The notes beneath the pieces are model-generated. The model worked only from the letters and a program-made list of their open reading frames with translations, did not search any database and was not told the DNA's origin. From the NCBI GenBank assembly GCA_013336225.1, contig JAAXUC010000003.1:9564-73563 (forward strand): a stretch of DNA of 64,000 nt, given 5' to 3'. Shown piece by piece: positions 1 through 9,400 of the stretch; positions within the stretch are counted from its first letter, which is position 1, and each line of letters opens with the position of its first letter. The position numbers and the translations under genes are program-made. This DNA comes from Candidatus Moraniibacteriota bacterium (GTDB lineage: Bacteria; Patescibacteriota; Minisyncoccia; Moranbacterales; GWC2-37-73).

Positions 1-1813
1 TTTCAAGACAGTGGATGCTGCCGATGGCAATTCAGCTTTGGCCACCACGGCAGAAGTCAATGTTTATGATGATGCAGGTCTTACAAATTTAATTAAAACC
101 GCGAATGATACTTTAAGTGTCACGCATGCAGTCAATGTCGCTGGTCTGGAAGAAAACAAAACCTATTACCTCAAAATTACAGCCACCGACAGCTCTGTCG
201 AATCCAATCCCAACAGATCTGAAACTGTGCAATATTTGAGCACGGTGCCTGAGAAATATATTTTCACCACGGCTGGAGTTTTGTCTAGCATCACCAACAT
301 CAAGGAAGCCATCATTACAGGTGACAAAGCGGTCATTACCTTCAACACCAATCAAAACGCCAAATGTTTGATTGACTCTAAAGACAGTCTTTCTTCGGTG
401 TATAACAATCTGGCTGACAATCTGGAAACTGGCTTTTTCACCAATCACTCCATCACTCTCAACAATCTGATTGAAAAAACTGCCTATGATTACAAAATCA
501 CTTGTGTGGATGACGGCACTGCTAGCATCATGTCAGATGAACATCATTTCACCACTCAAGAAAAAGGATTAACTCAAGGAGAGATGGATGCTATGTCTGA
601 CAACACCGCCCCAGTGATTAGCAGTGTTTCTTTGGACAAGGTGACAGGAGAAAGTGCCACCATCACTTGGAACACGGATGAGGTGGCCAATAGTTTGGTT
701 GCCTATGAAACAGAGGGAGCTTCCTATACCTTAATGTCTGGGGATTACACAGTGAACGCAGATGTTACAAAATACAGCACAGCGCACAGTGTTATTATTA
801 ATGGAATTATTCCAGCTTCCAAATATACTTTCTCTGTAATTTCAACAGATGTTTCTGGCAATATTGCGCAGTCTGCAGAGGCTGGGTTCACCTCCAAAGA
901 GCCATCCTCGCTTTCTTCGATTAAAGTGCTTTCCAAAGCACTTGGACAAGCCACGGTTACTTGGACAACTGGACAAGCAACCTCATCTTTGGTGGAATAT
1001 GGGCTTTCCATGGCGTATGGTCAAACCAAGCAAGACAATTCCAAGGTCAAGGAGCATTCCATTTTGCTTTCAGATCTGACTCCAGGCGAAACATATCATT
1101 TCCGAGTGAAAGGAGAAGATGAACAGAAAAATGTTTTTGCTTCCTCCGACATCACTTTCCAACCAAAAGCTCCGCCAAAAATTTCAGATTTCAAAATTGA
1201 TGAAATTACGGAACATGGTGCAACTGTGAAATTCAATACTAATGTTTCAACTGATGCACTTGTTTCCTTTACCAACACTGATGATGATAAGGATGCAGGC
1301 GTGCAAGGACGACCAGATTATGTTTCCAAACATGAAATCAAGCTTGCGGGACTCACTTCTGGTGCAAGCTTCTCAGTCAAATTGAAAGTTCGCGATGAAG
1401 ATGGCAATGAAACGGAAGAAACATTTGCCAATTTCACCACCACCAAAGACGAGAATCCTCCAGTGATCGATCGCGTCAAAACTGATGCAGCCTTGACTCA
1501 AACTGACAAAGTTCAAGCCATCATCTCTTGGACCACTGATGAAATGTCCACCGGAGAAGTGATTTACAAGGAAGGCAAGACAGGAGACGAAAAGAAATTT
1601 GAAGTGAACAGTTCTCCAAGCTTCTCGCATATTGGAGTCATCACCAGTTTCAAAGCTGGAGTGGTATATTACTTCAAAGTCAAATCAATCGATCAAGCTG
1701 GCAACGTTGCCAATTCAACTGACTACGCAGTGCTCACTCCCAAGAAAAGACAAAACATCATTCAGGTCATCATTGGAAACTTCACCGACATCTTCGGTTG
1801 GGCGAAATTCTAA
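1..1813 (+). CDS. Large surface protein with tandem FN3/purple-acid-phosphatase-N-like domains, 5'-truncated by the window edge; paralogue of 3440..11185
   Basis: Frame is open from the window start. Repeated motifs (ATITWNTDE..NSLVAY, HSI.L..L...T.Y.Y) and C-terminal tail NIIQVIIGNFTDIFGWAKF, identical to 3440..11185. Confidence 0.85.
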   Translation, partial: FKTVDAADGNSALATTAEVNVYDDAGLTNLIKTANDTLSVTHAVNVAGLEENKTYYLKITATDSSVESNPNRSETVQYLSTVPEKYIFTTAGVLSSITNIKEAIITGDKAVITFNTNQNAKCLIDSKDSLSSVYNNLADNLETGFFTNHSITLNNLIEKTAYDYKITCVDDGTASIMSDEHHFTTQEKGLTQGEMDAMSDNTAPVISSVSLDKVTGESATITWNTDEVANSLVAYETEGASYTLMSGDYTVNADVTKYSTAHSVIINGIIPASKYTFSVISTDVSGNIAQSAEAGFTSKEPSSLSSIKVLSKALGQATVTWTTGQATSSLVEYGLSMAYGQTKQDNSKVKEHSILLSDLTPGETYHFRVKGEDEQKNVFASSDITFQPKAPPKISDFKIDEITEHGATVKFNTNVSTDALVSFTNTDDDKDAGVQGRPDYVSKHEIKLAGLTSGASFSVKLKVRDEDGNETEETFANFTTTKDENPPVIDRVKTDAALTQTDKVQAIISWTTDEMSTGEVIYKEGKTGDEKKFEVNSSPSFSHIGVITSFKAGVVYYFKVKSIDQAGNVANSTDYAVLTPKKRQNIIQVIIGNFTDIFGWAKF

Positions 1814-2080
1814 AATTTCGTCCAAACGAAAGGAAAGGGGTCGGGAAAACCTGGGTTTTCCCGTTGCGGAAGTTCTGAAACCGCTGGGTTTCAGGGAGCG
1901 AAGCGACTTGGATGCGGCTAAGTTTTAGAACTTAGACCAGACAAATCAAAGGGGGTCGGGGAAAAGAATTTTCCCCGTGGAAGGAAAGTTTTGAAAAACG
2001 TGGGTTTTCAAGGAGTGAAGCGACTTGGTTGCGGCAAATTCTAAAATTTCGTCCAAACGAAAGTAAGGGGGTCGGGAAAG
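1801..2080 (+). repeat. Tandem ~116-bp structured repeat, units A-B-A(partial), overlapping the gene stop codon
   Basis: Units start at ~1801, 1916 and 2033. Each full unit has three hairpins plus GGGGTCGGG and GAGYGAAGCGACTTGG motifs. Confidence 0.85.
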
Positions 2081-2083
2081 AAT

Positions 2084-2121
2084 TAAAAAACTCACTCAAA
2101 TAAAATTGAGTGAGTTTTTAT
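2084..2121 (+). terminator. Intrinsic, probably bidirectional terminator
   Basis: aaaaactcactcaa-loop-ttgagtgagttttt. Confidence 0.75.
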
Positions 2122-2213
2122 ATGTGAATACTTTTTTAAAAAAATATTGTTGGATTACACGCCTTATGGTATAATTTTTATATAAGAATATATTTATTTG
2201 GTATCTGTATATT

Positions 2214-3371
2214 ATGCAAAAAATAAAAAAAATCATTGCAAAAATAAAAAACTGGCTCACCGATCATTATCACATCCTCTTTAAATCAGCGGCAGAAAAT
2301 CATCTGCGCATTCAGGAGTTGGCGAAAAATGCTGACGGAACTTATCAACTCACCGTTAAATTTGGTTCCTATTCTGAACTGAAAAATTATCAAAAGAAAA
2401 TGCGCCGACTGACAGTTTCTCTTTCTTCGGCGATGGCTATGGTCATAGTGGCATTTATTGTGGCACCCTACGTTATGAATCCGAGTCGCTCCAGCGCGGC
2501 TAATTTTTTGTGGAGTCAGAGCAGTTGGAGTGGAACAGCAGCAGCAACTAGCACCACTAATAAAACAACTTGGACAGGTTATGTTTCAAAAGATGTAAAC
2601 ATCAATGCAACTGCGGTCACCACAGCTGATCACACTGCTAACACCTTGTCGCTCACTCTACCGACAGCGGCAACCACGGGCGAAGCCAAAGTGATTGATG
2701 TAGGGCATGATTCCACTTTTGCTGCCAATCTGGCGGCCAATCCTAATGCAGGTTTTTATACAGATGCAAGTGGTAATTTGACATTAAAACGTCTTGATGG
2801 GGCAAATTGCACCAACGCAGATCAATGCGTAAGTGCCTTTTGTAGTAGTATTGGTAATGTGTGTGGACATGTTACAATTGTTTGGCTGACAACCACAACT
2901 ACAAGTGGTGCCCTTGGAGGGCGTAGTGGTGCTGATGCAATTTGTGCGGCTGACGCAGGCAGGCCAGATGCAACAAACATAAAGGCATTTTTGAGCGCCA
3001 GTCCTACTGACACGATTGCGAGCATGGCAGGCACATCTTATCCTGCCGCCACGCCGATTTTCTGGTATAAAAAAACGCCTGTGACATTTACTTTGCTAGC
3101 CAATAACTGGGCAGATATGTTAGATGGAAGCATAATAAATGCTGGTTCTGCAACAGGGTTTATTAGCTCTTATATATACTCATTTTCCACGTCGACTGGT
3201 ACTCTCGCGGGATCGATTTGTGGAACTTACAATTGTTCGTGTGGAACTGCAAGCGCTGGTAACGGTTATACTTTTAATAATGCAAATACGGACGCTTCTT
3301 GGATAGCAACTATTAAAACTAATTCTTGTGTTCAAACCAGTAGTAAGATAATGTGCATCGGCACCTTTTAA
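2214..3371 (+). CDS. Membrane-anchored protein with Cys-rich linker and C-terminal DUF1554/endostatin-like domain
   Basis: Hydrophobic helix around aa 68-88. Motif LGGRSGADAICAADAGRP..KAFLS, LLANNWADMLDGSI and terminal C....KIMCI. Confidence 0.6.
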   Translation: MQKIKKIIAKIKNWLTDHYHILFKSAAENHLRIQELAKNADGTYQLTVKFGSYSELKNYQKKMRRLTVSLSSAMAMVIVAFIVAPYVMNPSRSSAANFLWSQSSWSGTAAATSTTNKTTWTGYVSKDVNINATAVTTADHTANTLSLTLPTAATTGEAKVIDVGHDSTFAANLAANPNAGFYTDASGNLTLKRLDGANCTNADQCVSAFCSSIGNVCGHVTIVWLTTTTTSGALGGRSGADAICAADAGRPDATNIKAFLSASPTDTIASMAGTSYPAATPIFWYKKTPVTFTLLANNWADMLDGSIINAGSATGFISSYIYSFSTSTGTLAGSICGTYNCSCGTASAGNGYTFNNANTDASWIATIKTNSCVQTSSKIMCIGTF

Positions 3372-3439
3372 TTTCAGGATAATCCAGATAGTGATGAATT
3401 TAAAGAGTAATTTCCAGTGTAATTAGGAAAAATAAAAAA

Positions 3440-6400
3440 ATGAACAAAGTAAAAATGAAAAAAATAGCAAAACAAGAATTTGACAGCGTGAAAAAAAAAC
3501 TCTTTTCACTTGGTATTATTTCCATCCTTGTTTTTTTATTGTGCGCAAATATGTCAAGCGCTGCAGTAAACAGTGCAACCTATGACAGTGCCATCAAAAG
3601 CTTTGCTGGCGTGCCGAGCCCGACATATGAAACAATGAGCTGGGTATCATCTGATGGTAGACAAGGTGACTTGCTCGCTGGAGTTAATCTTATTATTAGT
3701 GGACTATCTCCAACCACAATGACTCCCTATGGAGTTGCTGTTGATTCTATTAATAATCTATATGTTGTAGATTATGGTAATAATCGCATCCTAAAGCGTA
3801 GCGAGGATGGCACAACCTGGACAAACATAACTATCAGTGGTTTGGCTCTAAATTCCTTTAACTCTCCGTTTGCGGTTGCAACAGACTCAGTTGATAATTT
3901 ATATGTTTCTGACTCTGGCAACAATAGAATTTTAAAGCGTAGTGCGGATGGCACAACCTGGACGGAGATAACGATTAGTGGACTCACTCCAAGTACATTT
4001 AGCAATCCTAATGGTACTGCCTTAGATTCCATTGGCAATTTATATGTTTCTGATTCTGGCAACAATAGAATTTTAAAGCGCAGTGCGGATGGAACAACTT
4101 GGACAGACATAGTAATTAGTGGACTTACTCCAAGTACCTTCAGTAACCCTCGAGACGTTAAAATTGATTCTTCTGGCGTTTTGTATGTTGCTGACACAAC
4201 AAATAATCGCATTTTAAGACGTAGCGCAGACGGCACAACCTGGACAAATATAACTATCAGTGGACTTACTCCAAGTACATTTAATTTGCCTTATAGGGTT
4301 ACAGTTGATTCATCTGATAATTTGTATGTTTCTGACCTTAACAATAATAGAATCTTGAAGCGTAGCGCGGACGGCGCAACGTGGACCAAGATAACTATTA
4401 CCGAATTAACACCGGGCACATTTAGTCAGCCCGTAGGATTGGCGATTGATCGAAAAGGAGCTTTATATGTTGGTGATTATGGCAATGGGCGAGTGATAAA
4501 ACTTTATTCTGGAACCTCCATTACAATGCGAGTGCGAACTGGTAATGCAACCATGTCAAATGCGGCTGCTTGGTCAAGTTCTTGTGATGTTGCTTCAAGT
4601 GGGGCAAATATAGGAATTGAAAATCCCTGTGTGCGCAGTGGCGATCAATATGTGCAATACCAAGCAATTTTAAGTACAGACGTTGGCATAAATACACCAT
4701 CTCTCTCTAGTGTTACTATTGCAACACAAACGACGTATGCACAATCCTTTCTCAATCTGATTTCTTCACCTTTTAATACTGGAAATGCAAACAATTCAGT
4801 GCAAAAAATCACCTGGAGCGCCAGCAATGATGCGGGCAGTGACCCTGCTCAAGGCACGGTGCAGTTTCAGCTCAGAACTTCGCCTGACAATGTGACCTGG
4901 GGACAATGGTGCGGTCCAACTGCTTGCGATGCAGCTCCTGGGGGAGGAGTCAGTGATTTTTACACAGACAAAGCTGGCGCAACTGCGATCAATGTAGCTC
5001 AAAAAGATTCCAATGGGGATCAATGGATTCAATATGCCACATTTTTAAAGTCAAACGATGGAACCACCACCCCAACACTTTCTAATGTCACTATGCAATA
5101 TGCCTACAATGTACCGCCGGCAATCACGATTGATTCAAATCCTGCCAATCTGAAACAAACTTCAACTGGAACTTTTCAAGTGCCATATACCCTTAGTGAA
5201 ACATATGATGATCTTGGAGTTATTGCACACGGCACGGCAGCAGCTCCTATTAAAGCTTTGCTTTTCTATCAACCAAAAAATGATGTGACTTTAAATGGAG
5301 CAACTCCTTCTGGTCAATCCACAACTGCCGTGACAAAGATTTGGGGAGTGGGTGGAACTGACGGCAACACAGCTGCTGGAAATTACACTTTTACTGTACC
5401 TGCGGGAGTTACTAATATTCGCGACATCGAACTCGCTGGAGGCGGTGGTGGTAGTGGTGCTTGCGTAAGCAGTGTTCTTGGCGGTGATGGTGGAGCAAGT
5501 ACGCTGACTTATGCCAGCTTATCAAGAGGAGTTGCTAGTGGAGGTACGGGTTCAGGTTATGATGGTTCTGTGGATGCTTGCACTACTGGCAACGATAGTA
5601 CAGCTACGAATATTATTGGAGGAGTCAACACTGCTGGAGCTGGCGCTAATGGTAGCACCCTTGGTGGAGGAAAAGGAGGATTAATTTCTGGTGGAAGCCT
5701 CGCTGTTACTCCTGGAAGTCAAGTTAATTTGATTGTTGGGGCTGGAGGAATTGCTGCAACTGGTGGCACGGCTGGCAACATGGGTTGGATTAAAATCACC
5801 TACGATGTCACTTCTGAAGGCGCACAAACAACTGGACTTGTTTCAATCAATAATCCAAGTAATGTGCCAATTCCTAGCACTGGCTCAATGCTGATTGACA
5901 ATGAGCTCATGACTTTTGATTCAGTTGGCGCAACCGGCAATCAGCGAAACATCACCGGCCGAGCTGCAACTTTTGCAACCTCGTATTCAACTACTGCAGT
6001 TTCTCATACTACTAGTAGCCCTATCTTTTTTGCAACTTCTGCCTCAATTCAAACAATCGACACTTTGATTGAAACTGACACACCTGGAGCGCAAGCCACA
6101 ATCAATAACACTTTCATTTGGGATCCACGTGCTGATGCCACCAATAATCTCAGTGGCAATAAGCTTGATGGTGCATTGTTTAAAGTGGTGGCCAATGACG
6201 CAGATGCAAGCAATTTCAACACCATTGGGCAAAGCGCAACAACTGGCGCACAGACTATTGATCTCCAAGCTCCAACCATCACCTCCATCACCACTGATGA
6301 AGCTCACACTGCCACGGGAGCAAACATTTTGTATCTCAACAAAAATTCTGCTCAGATTCCACTGACAGTAAATTTCTCAGAAAACATCAGTTTTGATGCC

Positions 6401-9400
6401 ACTGGCGGCAAAACCATTACCCTGACTCTAAATTCAGGCACTTGCACGATTGCAGAATCTATTTTAAATAGCAATGTGGCCACTTGTCAGTATGCAATCG
6501 GCGCAGATGAAGAAACTCCGGTTGGGGAAAAATTGAAACTCGCAGCTCCATTTGTTGCTGCCAGCACTGCCATCACAGATGGTTTTGCCAATACTCTGAC
6601 CAATTTCACTCCAGCCGCCAATCTGGACGCTGCTACCAATATTGTCATTGATAATATTGCTCCAACTGCCAATGACTTGACTGACATCATCACTAAAGAC
6701 CAATTCACTTCAGCCAATCTTAATGCTCAAGATTCAGACGGTTCAGGCATCGCCAGTTACGCTTGGTCAAAAGTTTCCGGACCTGGCACTATCACTTTTG
6801 GTTCAAGCACTGCCAGTGAAACAACGATCAGTGCCAACACAGATGGGCCATATGTTTTGCAAGTTGTCATCACTGACAACTCAGGCAATGCCATCACTAA
6901 AACTCTAAACTTGATTTGGGATACAACCAATCCGGCTAACATTTCCAAACCAAATGTGCCAAGTCTGACCAATGACAACACTCCCAACATCACTTGGGAT
7001 CAATTCACTGACGCCAATGGCCTTGAAAAATATGAGGTGCAAAGAAAGACTGACACAGTGGGTGACAATTTTGCCACCATCCAAACAATCACTGATACCG
7101 CCACACTGGAAACTGCCAACCCAACCTTCACTGAAAGCACACTGGCTGATGATACATATTTCTATCAAATCATCGCCACTGACAAAGCTGGCAATGTCCA
7201 GACAAGTCCAGCTTCAGATGCCATGACGGTGGACACGATTGCTCCAACCCTTTTGTATTTCTATTCAACCTCTCCTGACTCAACCGTGCTGGACCCAACC
7301 GCTTCAGGCAACATCAATTTAGTGGCTGTCTATGACGAAGCAGTGAACACCGGAAATGTGCAGGTGAGAGTGGGACCAATGAGCGCCACAGTTAATGTCA
7401 CTTTGGATCAAGTTCTGGAAACAACCAAACTGCAAGGTAGCTTTACTATTGGTGCTCCAAGAACAGGCTATGACACCACACCTGATCCGCTTAAGATTGA
7501 ACAAATCTTGGCGCAATCAGTGAGCGATCAAGCTGGTAATGTCCAAGCTCAAACTCTGGCTACAATTGAAGACAATATGAACTTGGTAGCGCGCGGAAAT
7601 TCAATCATCATTGACACCACCCCGCCGATTCTCAACAGCTTCACCATTGAAAACAACAGTGTCACTGCTTTCAAACAACAAAACAATGCTTTCACTTTGG
7701 TGGCCAATTACAACAAAACTATTCAAGCAGGTGGCAACTTGAAAGTGAAACTCAACACTGGCTCAAGCTCACCTGAAATCACTTTGACCAACTCTGCGGC
7801 CGGCAAAAAACTGACAGCTTCCTACAGCGTCCAGGCAGATGAAAATGCCAATGACTTGAAAGTGGAAGCTGTGCTGGAACAAAATGTGCTGGATGGCAAA
7901 GGAGCTCCTGCAAACTACATTGGAAATATTTTGGATGGAACGTATGCAGCTAATGCTGGAGACCCAGTGATTAATCTTGCCGGTTTCCAAGTTGACACTG
8001 CTGCTCCGACATTGGGCGCAACGCCAATTGCGATTCAAAACAGCAATGGTAAAACCAGTGATTCAACTCCAACCATCACTTTAAGCGCCACTGATAACTT
8101 CAATCTTTCCAAAGCCATATTCTCACTCAATAGTGGAACTGCTTGGTGCGCTCCGATTTCATACGGCACTGCAATTAACACTTTTGACATCACCAGCATT
8201 GCTTGCGGGGGAAGTGCGACTAATGGCATTAAAACTGTGACTGTTAAATTTGTTGATGCGGCTGGCAATGAAAGTGCAGCTTCCGCTGCCAGTGTGGAAT
8301 TTGATGATTCCAAACCGCAACTGCAAACCATCACCACCGATACAATCACTGGAATTTATGGCCCAGGCACTGTCATCAAAATCATTGCCACTTACGATGA
8401 AGCAATTACTAGTGGAAGTCTCAGTTTGATTTTGAACAATGGAAAACAATTGAATCTGAGCACCATTGAAAATGGTAATACACTCACAGCAACCTACACA
8501 GTTGGAGATTTGCTTGAAGACACCAATAAATTGAAAGTGGCAACCATTGTTTCGCAAAGCGTTGCTGACACTTCTGAACCTGTTAATACCCAGGATTCAA
8601 CCAGTCTTGCCGGCATCACTGAGAATCTGGACACCAACAAGACAGTTGAGATTGACACCACTGCTCCAGCGGCAACAGTGACCGTTGACCGCTCCAAAGA
8701 TAACAATCAAATTCATCTTGATGCCACTGACAAAAACTCTGCCAACATGCAAGCTGAGATTTTAGTGTTGGAGTCAGAAACAGGAACTTGCAGCTTCACC
8801 AATAACTGGATTTCCTATGCTGACAATGTGGACACAACTTTGATTGAAAATACTGCCAGCTCCAGAAAAGTTTGTGCTCGCTTCAAAGATGAGTTGGGCA
8901 ATGTTTCAAATGAAATTGCAGTTATCATTCCCGAAACTCCAAGTGGAGTTCAAATCGATGACATTTCCAACAGTGAAATTCCATTTTATGGTTCCATGCT
9001 GACTTGGTCCATTCCAACCATCAAAGGAACCAACAATGGATCTGGCGATGCTTTTGCTCAATATGAAATCGCCAAATGTGGTCCAAGTGAAAGTGAAGAA
9101 TGCACTCCTGATTTTGCGCAGTTCACCAGCATCACTGACATAAGCAGGAACTACTTTGTCAGTGACAATCTCACTGCCGAAAAATTCTATTGCTATCAGA
9201 TGCGTTTCAAAGACATGCATGGAGACTATTCCAAACTTTCAAAAAACACTTGTTTCCAAGCAGGTCATGCTCCAGCAGTGACTGATTCGCAAGTTTCAAT
9301 CATTTCAGGAAATCCTGATGACATTCAGATTGGAAATGTGACCGAACAAGGTGCAACTGTCTTTTTTCAAACCAAAGATTCTAAATACAACCGCCCAATA

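Noticed and set aside
1801-2080. Possible CRISPR array
   Set aside because: Units are ~116 bp with no unique spacers, recur at 11173..11336, and no cas genes are present.
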